From Cirrosporium novae-zelandiae (Eukaryota), in the NCBI GenBank assembly GCA_026023565.1, contig JAPETS010000001.1, positions 1,550,001-1,614,000 of the forward strand: DNA of 64,000 nucleotides. Reading direction: 5' to 3'. Position numbers and translations under genes: made by a program. Of the stretch, positions 1-14,060 are shown piece by piece (within the stretch, counting starts at the first letter, position 1; every line of letters starts with the position of its first letter). The notes under the pieces are model-generated. The model saw only the letters and a list, made by a program, of their open reading frames with translations. It searched no databases and was not told the DNA's origin.

Positions 1-965
1 TTCGCAGAAAGATGTGCCAGGTGAAATGCGCCGAGACGGCAAGGTGCAATTATCATAGTTATTGGTGCCGGGAATAATACCATGGTATTCATAATACTAT
101 AGTATTCAAATATAGATAGCTAGATGCTTGTTAGGGGCTTCACCACCAACATTCTCATCTAATTTATGCTATAGACTTTTGCTAGTTGCAAGATCTCTTT
201 CATCCATCTAACAATTTCTAGCTGTAGCGTTCAAGTTTAATAATATGACAAGCGAAAGTCCCCTGGGGCGGTGGAGCCCACGATAAAAATTTCATTATAC
301 TCCAGCACAATACCTGGAGATAGTAATAAAGATTTTGAAATAGATTTATGACTTCTAAACATAAAAATGAAAATTTCCTATAATTTTTTAGTTTAGAGCA
401 ACATAATAATATAGAAATAAGTTCAAATTTCCATGTTACTTTGTATGAGTCGAAGAACTATTCAATAATTTATATACACTGAAGTTAGCCACCCCTAGAG
501 GTGTGCCACTCGGATTTGTATGATGCCTCACTAAAAAATAAATTTTCTATAAATATTTATATTAAAAGTTTAATGTTTTTTAATTTAAAGGTGCATTGAA
601 TATAAATTTTATACATTTTCTGTTTTTTGGTGAGACCTTACACGAACTCTATTGGTACACTCCTGGGTGCCGGTGACGATAATGATGGTAGTGGTGGTGG
701 TGGTCTTATTCGTGGACAAGAACTCGATACATGTGGCTTTCATTGATATGTAGTTATCCATCATAATGATCTCATTACTACTAAAAAGAACTATTTTATA
801 AGGGATCCGCAATTAGAGTAGCAGAAGAAGAAAAAGTCGTAACCCGTGCAGTAGCGACCACCAAGCCCTAACTGCAACCTCTAACACCATTTAAAAGAAA
901 AGGCCGCCAATGTAGTTTAATCCACCCATCCAGGACTTTTCACGATAGTAAGTACTGTTGTTTTT

Positions 966-3900
966 TCATGGTTTACTTAACTGTTCTTTCCTGAAAAACT
1001 TGAAGAATCCAATGGGAATAATCAGTTGACACCCAAGCGCGATCCAGAACCATGGCTTGCTAATTCCTTGTATAATACCTGCCGAGAAATCCGGGAAGAC
1101 GTCGCCAGGCCCATCTTTATCAGGCGCCGTAGCCTTCGCAATCATCGTAACAGCTGTGCCTAGAAGCTGTGCAGCAACTAAACTGACCGCAATATGAATG
1201 CGGGTAAGTGTTTGTAGGAGCATCATACCAAAGCCGACTCCCTGAACCGAATCCAGTACTCCGAGCCAGAGCCACAGTGCTCTTCCCGCGAGAGCCCCTG
1301 CAATTGGTCCCCCAGGCATCCAGGGCACCCAGAGACCGATGCCAGACGTTCCCCACAGCATCTGTGCCCAGCGAGGGGCACCCAAGCCGATGGCGAAGAT
1401 TGGCAAAATCCACGAATGCTTTTTGCTTAGGCGACCAAACAGAACAAGAAGCGCAGCCCAGACGCCGATGAAGAATGTGAAAACAAGAATGGTGATGGCC
1501 CATTTTGGCGCATACGTCGAGCTCCACAGGTACTGCCAATTGCGGCCGTATGGGGTGGAGAGGAAGTAGTTTTGTAGGATTACGGTAACGAAAAACCAGC
1601 CGACGATCTTACGATGCAGGAGAGTCTGGTAGAAATTAGGGATTTTCCCGGGGCTTTGGCGGTAATAAGGAGGCAAGGCAGTAAAGAGGATAAGGCCGAC
1701 GGCCCAAAGGAGGGCGGCGATGGGGAGCGTTATTGCAGCCATATAGGGAGAAGAGGTGAGAGCATTTTTCTCGACCTTGTTCATAGCCGTGGCGACGGTC
1801 AAGGTGTTTCCCCAGTAGAAGAGAGCAGTGATGTAAATTTGCTGTGTCCCTTGGATGATACAGGCACGATACGCCCAAGCCTTGATTGGAGCTCCGCCTA
1901 TAACCCGTCAGCATACAAACACAGAGGATATCTAAAAGAGGACAAAGACATACCTTCATCGCCAAAATTAAGTGCGAAAAAAATCGAACCGCTCGAAGAC
2001 GCGGTGATGTAAATACCACTAGCCACGTTACGCATCCAGTCCCGTCCAGCACCCGGTCCTAGAAAAGGCGCCACACCAACAAAAAGAAACGCTAAGCCAT
2101 AAAATAAGAAGGGTACGGAAAGTACGTATATGGACTTAAGTGTGCGAAACATGATCCACCAGAGGCACGATGTCACTATATAAATAGCTCCGAGTATGTA
2201 TAGTTTTTCTGGTGTTTGGCCTTGGCCGCCTGTGAGGAGTGTAATCTGATAGGAATTGGCAGCGATGATCTGTCCAAGGGCGAGAAGCAGAGAATAGATA
2301 GGCCAGTCCCCGATTCTCGTCTGCATCCATCGTTTCACCAACGAAGGTCGTTGGTAGCTTTGACCAAGTAAGAATTCGTCCTGGACCGATGCGTTGTCTG
2401 CCAACGGGTCATCATAATCTGAATCCTCGCGATCGTCGACGCGAGGATCCAAGACAGATCCATACGCTGATGAGGATCGCTTATGGTGAAAGCTAGCTCG
2501 ATTAGGGCTTGGCCCACGGGACCTACCTAGCTTTGCATCACGCATTCTCTTGAACCATTCCTTTTCGCTATCTACCAGATAATCCTCAATGCAAAGATCA
2601 CTTTCAGAGGTCTTTCCATCGAGCTTCTGCAGCTTGGCCTCAAACGATTTATAGTATTCCCCGGTGGTGTCATTAAACGTTGGGTCGACTTTTTGTAAGC
2701 TGTAATCACTTCTACCCCGTACGACTTCGTTGAGACTGAGGACTGAGGATGTACTGAGCCGGTTGCTCTTCGGTGGACGTATTGCGAGTAGGCTGTCTCC
2801 TGGGCTTGGGCTAGTTGATCGAGCTCTTTCGTCTTCAAATCGAGCTGGTAGCGAATCCCGCGGTCCCTGAAAGCTGTTTCGGTCTCGACCTGAAAAAAGA
2901 GCTTCACCTGGAGTTGCAGGCAGTGATTCATCTCCGTTGGCCTCGAGTTGGCGTAATGCTTGATTCTGTTCTTCCCTCCTCATACTAGCTTCAGCTTCTT
3001 CTTGGGTAATGGTGTATTCTCCCACAGGGCCCGTATCGTCTTCGTGATAGGACTCAATGATCTCAGGAATTGTTGATTCGCTCTCGGAAAATTCTCGCCT
3101 AGTAAGCCTAGGTCGATGACCAGGTCCAGAGCGAACGCCAAGAGATAGAGTACGATTTAAGCCAGTCGACGAACCATCGTGAGAAAAGGTATGAGAGGAG
3201 TCAGGTTCAAGGGGTCCAGGGGGTCTGGTGTCGAACATGGATAATCGGTCATTGCTGACATTGCGCGAGCGCGGGAGAAAAGAGGCCGAGTCTCGGAACG
3301 ACGAATATGATGTAGCTCTTGATCGTCGATGGCTGCCCGAGTTTGCTTCTTCGTGGTGAATTCTGATTGCAGTGCCCTGGAGATGGTCCAGATCCTCAAC
3401 CCATTTCGCAACTGGGAACCGCTGTTTGGCCGAACGAGCTCTCATCATAGCCCTCACGTCTATTTTGGACGAGAGAGCTTCTTCAATTGCTGACTTGAAT
3501 TGAGCTATTAAATGTGAAGTGGTTGTCGATTCTACCGTGAACCACCACCCTGGCATTTGTCCCAAGCCACCAACTCTTGCTCCAACACCGAGCGCGCCTT
3601 TGCGGCCGAATTCAACAGCAACAAGACCAAAAGGTTCATCCCTAGATGGTATTAATGCGAATTCTGCACCACTAAAAATATAGGGAGGTAACGCAGTAAA
3701 TTCGGGTTTCGAGTATACTCGTTTTGGATATTTTTTCATCATAATATCCAATTTGAGAGCTGCAAATTTGCCATATAAGTCGATAACCGGTCCTACACAA
3801 ATTAATTGTACGTTGGAATGTTTTTCCAAAACGGCAGGAAAAACATCTGCGATTAAATCGACGCCTTTTTGGTTCGACCAACGACCAACGAAGACGAACA

Positions 3901-6900
3901 GTTCAGCCTGAGGATTAACGTCTAACTGAGCCCATTCCTGGGCCTGGCGCCTAAGGTCGGCTCGAGAAGCTTCAAACACGGGGTCAACTGTAATAACCTG
4001 CTTGGCTTCTGCTTCTCTATCCCATGGGGCAGTGTCACTAGGGTCAGGATTTGGTAGTTTTCCAATTTCTTTTAGCCCCCAGAAGATAGGATATCGAGCA
4101 TAAGATCGTGCACCGTATTTATTTGAAACACCTACGGCGCCAAAACTTTTTTGGTGAATTCGAAGGTAACTTGCAGCTGCATGCAATAAATTAAAAACCT
4201 CTCCAAATTGCACGTACTTTTCAACAATCGACTGATCAAGATTAAAAACTTTGCATATTTCTTTTCGCTCCTTAGGTGTGCGCATGGGCCAAAGACCTTG
4301 GAATTCTGCGTTGTGTAGTGATAGGGCACAAGGAATGGTGTCTGGGAGTAAATAAAGAGGGGCCGCAGCACCATGGTAATCATTGATATGATATAGGTCC
4401 ACCGGAAATCTTTTGGTAGCTTCCGCGATACAAGCATTCCATGCACTGTAGTAGATGGCGCTGTCAAGATCATCCATTCTTGGAGGATACGGCTCTGATT
4501 TTGTCTGCTGCCTGAAAATAGGCGCATCTAGCAAGACATATGTAATATTTCTGAGCGTATGATATTGAACCTGGATTTCGTAGGGATTGCCGAGGATTGT
4601 CACTAACATCGGCTCTGCAGGCTCATCTAAGGGATATTCCACGCCACCAACACAAGGGACCACCCATATTAGATCCTGATGAGAAAGGTTTTTACCCATC
4701 AGCTGTGCCATAACCCCTAAGCCGCCAATTTTGATCTTAATACCCCAGTCTTCGATGTCATATTCCATGGTTGCAATCAAAACCGTTCGCCGCTTTGCAT
4801 TTATAGCGATTGCTGGTACCGTTGAACCAGAGGCACTACGTGAGTGTAAGCCAGCGAGTAAAATTGGCCGTAGGTTTTTGTCTTCTTCTTCGCCATGGTC
4901 GGCCAACTTCTCGAATTTATGACGCCGGAACGCGAAAGGAAGTAGACTTTTCTTTTGTACAATGCCAATCTTGTTAAATTTGACCCCATAAAAGGCTCCC
5001 ATATACGTCCAGACGCTAATTGCCGCTGTCGCGAGTGGAATGGACCAGAGAAGTGCATAGACAATGATTTGCTGAAGGCGACTGCCTACAGGTACTAGTC
5101 GGTATTTATAATTGCCGTCATCCAACTCCATTTGATAAGCCAAATATGGTGAAGGGGGAAGTGTCGTAAAATTGACAACTGACTCTACTAGAGAATCTGG
5201 AGGCATACGATCAAGGACGTTGTCATCGTCAATATCTCCATAGATAAAACTTTGATCAGGTTTGCCGTCAGGATTCATGCCCCAGACATTCAGTTGAAGT
5301 TTAGACGGCCATTCAGTTATTAGATGGAATTTCCAAAGACCATCAGAATCCAAGTCAAAGGAATTTCTTAAGCCTGCATCATAGCCATACTGATTAAATG
5401 GTCCGTGAGCATAAATGTGAGGAAATCGTCGCGGAGGCTTCGTCCCCCAGTCCGCATCAGCATGTTGTACCGAGTCACTACTGCCTGTTATACGATTCCA
5501 ATATTGTAGTATAACGTGATCACCAGTCCATTTTTGACGCTCTGTACCAGACCAAGGAAGATTGGTTATAGTCGAATTTCCACCTTTGTAATTTGCCCAA
5601 TCGCTCCAAGAGCTTCCCCAGTTGGTTGAGTACCGCCATTTATTAGCACCAGCAGCCTTATGAGAGACATAAAGAGATCCACTGGCTGAATTTTTGAACA
5701 AAACGGCCTGGCTGTAATTTGCGCGCTTAGGGAAGACTATTGGGTTGTTTTCCTGACCAATACGGAATAAGAAGCGGTCGACTGAGTTCGTGGATGTGTC
5801 ACCGTCTGAAGTTGAAGCATTCTGCACTGTCACAGCATGAATACCATTTGCCACGTTCGATAGTTTTGCTTTCCAGCTCCATGCAGAAGTAATCTCGCCG
5901 ACATATTGAGCATCTGCACCTGTAATACTACTACATGAGACACTACTCTTATCAAGCTTGGCGATGCTTCCATCTTCTGTCGTGGAATTAATGAGAAGAT
6001 TTTGGGTAATGTCGTCACAGTCCATTACTTTCGAAAATTGGAGTTCGATATTGACAGACTCCGTCTCATCCGACGCCACTGTCGACTGAAGTCGTGCATC
6101 GTGTCCCGGCACAAATTTGGTGACCATTGGCGGGAGGGCGACCCAATTCTTCTTAGGTACGTATGCCTTGAATCCCCACGCGTCCAATTCTAACTCGTCC
6201 ACACACCCATTGAATTTCTCTGAGCCATCGATGCCGAGTTTGGTCGGTCCGGTGGTGAGTTTGACTTCATCATACGGGGCCAGGAGATTCTTCACCGTAG
6301 TGTCCTCATCGAATGGGGATATTAACGCAGAATCATTTGATGAACAGTCGAAGGTGTATTTTATAGTGTGGTTGTTGTTCTGAAAGACTAGCCAGACAGA
6401 CTGAGCCTCTGCACCGGTCCCAGTAAACTTCTGTACACCCAGAAACTTGTCCCGAAGCACACTCCACATTCCTATTTCGGTGACGGTGCCATTGGAACCA
6501 GGAAGAAGAATGTTATGGGTTTGATTGGATAGTGACTGTAAGAAATAACCGTCGTTCAAAATAGGGAATTGGGTTCTTAGGAAGTACATGGACTTGATAA
6601 TGTTTCGGATGGGATGGGATGGGTCTCTGTGATCCAAGGCCACGGAATCGTCATTGCAGCCATCCAGAGCAGCATCAAGGGGAAAGTCGTAGTATTGTGA
6701 CGAACCCAAGCTATAGCAGCCGTGGGTTTGCCATGCTTGGGCCGATGACATTGGTTGTCTTCCAAAAATATAGTTAGCCGCGGTACTGTCAAGAGCGTAG
6801 AGCGCTTGTTCTTCACCCCACAATAAAAGTGGGATGCCCGGCATGTGGAGGGTCGCAATATATAATCCCAGAAGCATTCTTTCAATTCCATGTTTTATTG

Positions 6901-8671
6901 CTGGCCAACGGAAAAGCTGTGAAAGGATTTAGTATGTAGAGGATAAAACTGCGACAATGAGTGACACCAAAAACTACTTACATCTTGATTAGTGGTTCCC
7001 CACATATGCCTAGGATCAAATTCTCCAGTGTCTGCATTTACAAGATCGTTTGTGGTAAGCATAGTATTCCACGTGTCGACAAAATTGACTGGAACATCAT
7101 AGCCTGCGGATAAGTTGCCGTCCATCCCTAAGAACCTTGTAAAAGATCGATAAAGACTGTAGTGAAATGCTGCTGCATCGAGAGCATTCTTTTCTGGGTC
7201 ACGAAGAAAGTATTTGTCACTAGAGGTATTTGTTAATAACACTGCCTTTGTCAGGTTCTTGGTGACCATATTCGGCTGCCTTCCCCGGCCAAGGTAAATT
7301 GATCCGAAAGTGTTTCCACCAGTGATTTCTCCAGGCATGAAAAAGTTATTTTTCCCATACTTACGCGCACACTGCCTAACGTAATCTCCGAACTCGGCTT
7401 GCGCATCAACTGTGACTTGCGTCGCTTTATCAAAACGGAACCCATCGATATCGAACATAGCAATCACTATGCAAGAGAATAGTTGGATCTTCTCGCGAAC
7501 TGATGGGACCCATTCACGAAGGCGGTCTTGGACTGACGCAAATTTTGAGAGTTGTCGTTGCCAGTCGGGGAAGACCCCGAAGGCTTCCGTATCACCATAC
7601 TACATAAGACACCCTCAAGGTTAGCTTGAAGAATCTCATAGAATCATATACTATGGTGGATATACCTGATCGAATTCGCTGTCGTAGCAACCAACAAGCT
7701 GACGAAAGGTGTCATCTGAATCTTTCAGAACCCTAAAGCCAGACTCATTCCAGAACTTAGGATATTCGCATGTTTTGTTATAGGTATTCCCAAAACTGAA
7801 ATCTAGATAATGTCGATCCGATTTCCAAACGACTTTGTGTTCCTTTGGACTAAAAGGTGTGGAAGCATTTAGAAAACCGTCGAATCCTATGAGATTTCCC
7901 ATGCTAGGAAATAGTCAGTAAGATAAATAAAATGAATGAATTTAGTATCCAAAAAGCAAATGTAGCATAGCTGTCTGAGGAGGCAGTTATACGCTGCTTC
8001 TCAAATTCAAAATTCTTCGTGGGTCCAGGATTGCATGCTTACGTTGACATGGTATTGTCCAATATAACATACATACCTCGCCTATGGATTTCGTTGATTG
8101 CGGATCGCCAGGCGGAGATATTGCCAAAATGCCTATCTAAGAGAGTCAAGTCGAGAGGCTGCATAGAGATTAGCGCTTTTTGGGCGAAAGGAGTAATTAA
8201 GGAGTCTACCGAGTAGCTGTCTGATTTCCATGGTTGGTTCACGAAAGGTGTGCCAGCGATGTACAAGGCCTGTTGAATCGTTAGCATATAATATGCAGTG
8301 GCCAGTAAATTGGAGGTACTTGCTTTTACACCCATGCCTTGAATATAATCCAGAGTGTCGGTCAATCCCACCAGATCACCCCCATGTCTTAGCTGGTTAC
8401 TCATTACATCGTGCTCGAAGACTGTTCCATTGGCATCGTCGTTTGACGGATCTCCATTTACAAATCTGTCCAGGAACAAACTGTAGAATGGAAAACGCCA
8501 GTTCGATGGAGACTCATGGTACTCGTGATTCTCCCATTCACCCCAGTAGTCCAGCGGATGTGTGGCGGTCTTGTTTTCATTCAAATTGTAACCGACCTGT
8601 TCAGGGTCATATCTTAACGATGAGATCAAAGGTGCTGTCAGCACGAGGTATCCCAAAAAACCCCACATCAT
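966..8671 (-). CDS. ags1: Alpha-1,3-glucan synthase (GH13 extracellular domain + GT5 synthase + C-terminal multi-TM domain), 7 exons
   Basis: N-terminal signal peptide followed by LRYDPEQVGYNLNEN. GH13 motifs DGFRFDKATQ, MPGEITG and TTNQD. GT5 motif KIKIGGLGVM, plus SRDEPFGLV. Hydrophobic C-terminus ending FFRKEQLSKP. Inferred introns 8270-8323 (GC-AG), 8159-8209, 7904-8042, 7600-7665, 6917-6981 and 1898-1953 join the ORF pieces in frame. Confidence 0.97.
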
Positions 8672-10693
8672 GAGATGTTGCAGCTGTCAAAAGCTTGCCA
8701 AGCAGTGTAAGTCATGGACAAGAACTGAATAGTTTATATTCACAGAATTGAAATAGATGAGAAGATTGCTCTAAAGGCTTTCTGACGATGAGGTTAGTAT
8801 TATGAACGATCAAAAAAATGGTAGAGGACCTCCCAGTGAGGCAGATCTGCAGCTGAAATCAGCCTGGTGGAGTTGGGCAAGCCACGATGGAAGATAGTGA
8901 ATGGCAATGCACGAGAATGAACATACCTCAGCCTTAGTTGATTAGTTCCGGTAAGGATGACGTGCCAAGGGCATCGGCTGTATCTCAGGCTGGATACTTT
9001 GTACACCATCTCTCAGCTGGAAGCGGGTCTGCAGGCTGAAGCTGCCTAGACCACGGTTTGGGTGGGGAGGAGAATGAAGATGGATAAGCCATGATCAAGG
9101 TCTGGGTATATTTGCTAAAAAAGTAACGGGCAGAGCCAATGGCGGTGTTGTACCGAGTACAATTCATTAATGATACAGTAAGCGGAGGAAATAAAAAATG
9201 ATAAAAGATGGTGATGGTCATCAAACAATCTTAATTCACTAAGTTAATCGAATTCGGGCGATTGGAGGAGCGAGGATTGAGCGATGATATTAACCAAATC
9301 CTTCGCTGATTGACCAAACGCTGAATAAGGTATGGTTAAATTAGAGATTGGACTATAATTAAGTAAAAACAAAACTGAAGCTTGGCTCAACTAAAAGGCA
9401 GCATTGAAGGAATACATAATTACAGACAAGCGTACATGCGTACATACCATGTAACGGGATCAGTTAACGGCTTGGTGTGTACTATTTTCTTGTCACGGGT
9501 ACTTTGAGCATTCTCATTTAGGAGTAATTAGCTGTTGTTGGTACGCTTGTTTATTGTTTGGTATCGAATCATTGATCAGATGAGGGAAACTCGAGCCCCT
9601 CCATGATGGCATACGTTGATGTTGGCCATGCACCATGTATTGGATAAAATACAATCTTACTGTACTTGACTGTACTTGGCGTTTTCATGGCCTGCACCTT
9701 GTCTCTAGTGTCATCTAAAAACAAAGTCACAGCCCCGACAAGACGCACACTACTGTGAGTTAACTTCAGCCACCTCCTACAAGTCCGGCAAGTCCAGCAA
9801 GTCCTCCAAGTCCCTTTTCTCTCCAATTCAAATCAACGAATTAACTTGGCGGTACTATTACTTTGATTACAAAGGCAGAAGTTTAGTTAAGCTTAAAGGC
9901 TGGCCGCAGCATTGATGATATCTACATTTTCCTGTGCCTCAGGCATTGCCCGACATATTTTATGTCTAAGCTTCCCATTAGCTTCATCTGCTTCCTGCAC
10001 CTAATCTGGCATGATTTACAAGGTATCTAACTTTGAAGAAATCTTTCCCGCTTGATGGCAATTATCTATTATATTTCTTTGATCCTTTCTACATCCCCGA
10101 ACCCCCCACCACAATGTCAGATAAACATCCATGGGATGGACCTGATTGTTTCTCTACTCCATCGGACGAACCTCCTCACTCGATCAAACCCCTTAGTTCT
10201 TGTTAGCACCCGAGCCTTAGCCCTCTTTAGTACCCACGCAGATCAGGGGCAAAGGATTGCACGTCAAAGATGACAGAGTCTTGAGTTTCCAATACCGTCT
10301 ACTAGGTACTATGACCAATCTCAGACATGGCATACTCGCCAGGCACAGGTAAATCAGGAAGCCGTCAGCATTGTAGGATCGCAGATTAGCCCGTACCCTC
10401 CGTCGGGAATAAACTAAATCATAACTTCTAACCATGTTCTTTAAACACTCTCATTCTTCTCATGAACAAGATGAAAGTACTGTGGTGAGGATGGACTGTA
10501 TGTCGCGTCCCATTGAATTCGATAGGTATGTTGAATCACACCTTCTTGTTTGGCTCACACTAAAGCTCATATCTACACGTTCCAGTCGATGGCACCGAAT
10601 TTGCTTTTGGACTGGCTGCGACCAAAATATGCCTGAGGTTTTGTATCGATTCACATACACACAATATGGAACCCATCATTTTGCCACGGAGCC

Positions 10694-10703
10694 CTAAAAA
10701 TAG
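10694..10703. promoter_or_regulatory. Rlm1/RlmA (MEF2-type MADS) consensus site CTAAAAATAG upstream of ags1
   Basis: Exact match to CTA(A/T)4TAG about 2 kb upstream of the ags1 ATG. RlmA control of alpha-glucan synthase genes is known in Aspergillus. Confidence 0.5.
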
Positions 10704-11595
10704 ATTAACTCAGCCCATCTTGTTAGTTATCGACAAGAATACTTTCCCATGTACTTTTCACCGTCAAAAGTTTTGTTTCCTCAATTAAACGTGTAATAGT
10801 GTAAGAGAAGGAATGGAGCAAGGACCGTGCTCATTTTGAGAACATCCTCGAGTAGACTTGACTGGTTGTAAGGCGCATTTCCTTGTCCTAATTAGTAGTT
10901 CCTACGTCTCGCATTCCCGATCGCATCCGTCGCAGGTAAGTGACATCCGCTGACTAACCCTAAAATCCATCCTTAAAGTCCTACAACCTTTATATTATCC
11001 AATACTGTCCACTTATTTTCGAGCCTTGATAACATTGTAGAATCTCAAGATATCTATCTCACGCTCAAAGAGCATTGTATAGTCCAATCTAGGGAAAAGA
11101 GTTGGTTGAAAGCGTTCACGAACGGAGTTAGAAATTTCCGATTCTCCGACCTGGACCAAAGTCGGTCAAAAGTCGTCAAGAGATGACCACCAAGGTCCTC
11201 CTCTTCCATTCTTCTCCTACTCTCTCCATATAACATTTCGTTCAATAGCATCACAATAGCATCACAATAGCATCGTGGGGGGGAGAAAGAAACGATCAAT
11301 TCACACCATACTTTCCCTTCAAGTAATAGGTGAGGAAGCTATCTTAGGTGATATTGTATGTGGAGAGCTTCATCATCAACCAAACTGCCTCTTCAGCCTT
11401 GATCACTGACAGTCACAATCCAATTCCATCGTCTCACCGCCCAACAGATGGCCAAGCATTGTTAGCCAGGATTGCTGACGCTTGATATCAGATGTTAAAT
11501 ATCCCCTCGTCCTGCCTCTCGTAGTCACCCATTTGGTCTTTCACCTACAACCTTCAACCTGCTCTTCAATAACGTTCAAGGCTTCAGACGCAGCC

Positions 11596-13388
11596 ATGAA
11601 TTGTCCTTCTCGAAATGATGATACCATCCTTCATCCCACTTGGAACCAAAGCCCTCCACTGTTGACTTCAGACCTGACAACATGTCAAGATCTTAATGGT
11701 ATTGCTAACATCAGAGAGCAGAGAGAGACGGGGAGTAATGGAACAACGATCCCAATTTCGTCAATTAATGAGGTAGATACATCTCAACAGAAGTTACCTG
11801 AGGCTACGGCCCAACCATCTCCTAATAAGGGCCAGCCCCAAGCTACTATGGGAAACAAATGTTCTCCCTGGAAAGCTACATTGGCTCGCTATCCTCGCCA
11901 GATGTGTGAAATCATTGTAAAATATGCAAACTTTGTTGGGCCTGGATTTATGATCGCAGTCGCCTATATTGATCCAGGAAATTATGCTACAGATGTTTCA
12001 GCCGGTGCCCAAACGAAGTTCGCTTTGTTGTTTATAGTCTTGATGTCTAACCTATTTGCCATCTTCCTGCAGGCTCTTTGCATAAAGCTCGGGAGTGTTA
12101 CCGGGCTCAACCTTGCTGAGAATTGCAGAGCTCATCTACCCAGATGGCTGACAATCATTCTATACATATTTGCTGAGTCAGCTATTATTGCTACTGATAT
12201 TGCTGAGGTAAGATAGTAACCTAAAGATTGTCTTATAGTGACGGAGTTGACCCTGTTAGGTTATTGGATCCGCCATTGCTTTGAATGTCCTTCTGAACAT
12301 ACCTCTTGTAGCTGGCTGTGCGATCACCATGGTAGATGTCTTAATCACCCTTTTTTTCTACAACCCAAATGGATCGATGACGGGACTACGTGCCTTTGAA
12401 TTGTTTGTTATGATTTTAGTTATGGGTGTTGCCGTCTGCTTCTGCATCCAGCTGTCTCTCATTCGAGATACCCCTGTTGGGGAAGTGCTTAAAGGATATC
12501 TTCCTTCCGCTACTGTTATTGAATCAAATGGGTATGTGTCTGTCCATGATGATTTTCTAGAGTAATCCTAAGTCGTTCTATAGGTTATATCTGAGCTGTG
12601 GTATTCTTGGCGCAACTGTTATGCCGCATTCCATTTTTCTTGGCAGTGGGGTGGTTCAGTCGCGTCTCAAACAGTTCGATGTCGCCGAAGGGAATGTAGT
12701 GGCGTGTGCTCCTCTCGGTGGTGACGGAGAGGACGAAGGATATCGTCCATCTGTCTCTGCAATTCGAAGTTGTCTCAAATACTCTATTGTGGAGCTGACA
12801 TTACAATTGTTTACATTTGCCCTATTCATAAATAGTTCAATTCTCATCGTTGCGGGAGCCTCTTTATATGGGAACTCGGATGCTAGCGATGCAGACCTGT
12901 TTGGCATCCATGATCTCTTATCAAAGACGATTTCCCCAATTGCCGGAACTATTTTTGCGTTGGCCTTGCTTATATCTGGCCTCTCGGCTGGCATAATTTG
13001 TACTATTGCGGGCCAGATGGTCAGTGAAGGCTTTCTGAATTGGACTGTAGCTCCATGGCTTAGGCGGCTCATCACTCGGTCGATTAGCATTATCCCTAGC
13101 ATCATCATCGCGGCTGCCGTTGGGAAAGACGGCCTCAATGCCACCTTGACAGCATCGCAAGTCGTTTTGAGCGTAATTCTTCCATTTGTTACCGCTCCTC
13201 TTATCTACTTCACCTGTCGGAATAGATATATGACGGTCGCTATTGAAACACCAGGCGAAGGGCCGGAGGGCGACGACGTGAAGATGAGAAATAACTGGTT
13301 TATCGCAGCGCTAGCCATACTTATCTGGTTGGTCATTGTGATCATGAACGTTGCATTACTGGTCTTGGTTGGGCTTGGGAAAGCTTAA
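11596..13388 (+). CDS. Nramp-family divalent metal (Mn2+/Fe2+) transporter, Smf1/Smf2-like, 3 exons
   Basis: Motifs AYIDPGNYATD, GATVMPHS and AGQMVSEGF..W; multiple TM segments; introns ~12208-12259 and ~12532-12583; ATG in GCCATG context. Confidence 0.95.
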
Positions 13389-14060
13389 TGGATTACTGAT
13401 TCTACGCAAGTCAAAGTACCAGGGGTCCAAAAAAGCACGATTTTAATGGCTAGGCGATTCGTTTCTCCTTCGGTCAAGAAGAAAGAAGAGTCATTGTATA
13501 GACTATTCCCAGTTGGTGGATGGCATTTCAATGGTCGACTATTCGACCCGACCAGTGTCGAGTAGACGGATGTATATTATAATATAAAAGGCTCTAGGAC
13601 GGTAATAATTATAGATATTGCAGATATTGATAAGTCAGCAATAATACCTCATGGTATCTTCGAACCCCACAATCATTTCTATTTTCCGGTATAGTCTAAT
13701 TATTTGATACTAATATAACTAGGCGTCATATTTGAATTTACGTCACTTAGTCATTCTACCTCTATCTTTCCGAGCTCTTAACTAGAGTCTAAATGCAGAT
13801 AAAAATCTCCATGTTACAATTGTTCACTATCGTCCTCTAGCCGCACGAACAACATAAAAGGTTTTACTCCAATAATTTGAATGACTAGCAAAATTATTCT
13901 GTCAATGTTATTTATATTTTTGAGTAACTTATAGCTCTCGTTATTATCAAAGATTATAGAATTGTTTATATGTGAAAAGGATAGTCTTTTAGATGATAAT
14001 GTGCGGGGGTCTTTTCTCGCTCTCACCCTTCTCGGATTATAAGTAGCTACTTTTATGATG

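Noticed and set aside
134..263. GAAAGTCCCC (254-263) and GGGGCTTCA (~134-142), resembling the RNase MRP P4 halves
   Set aside because: The halves are in the wrong order and no downstream partner strand is present.
8672..11595. Expected alpha-amylase partner genes (amyD/amyG-like) beside ags1
   Set aside because: No GH13 coding sequence upstream. The short ORFs here lack motifs, and the other flank lies mostly outside the window.
13537..13567. Stem-loop containing CAGTG in the Nramp 3' UTR, reminiscent of the DMT1 iron-responsive element
   Set aside because: The geometry is not a canonical IRE (no 5-bp upper stem closing a CAGUGN loop), and an IRE/IRP system is not established in fungi.
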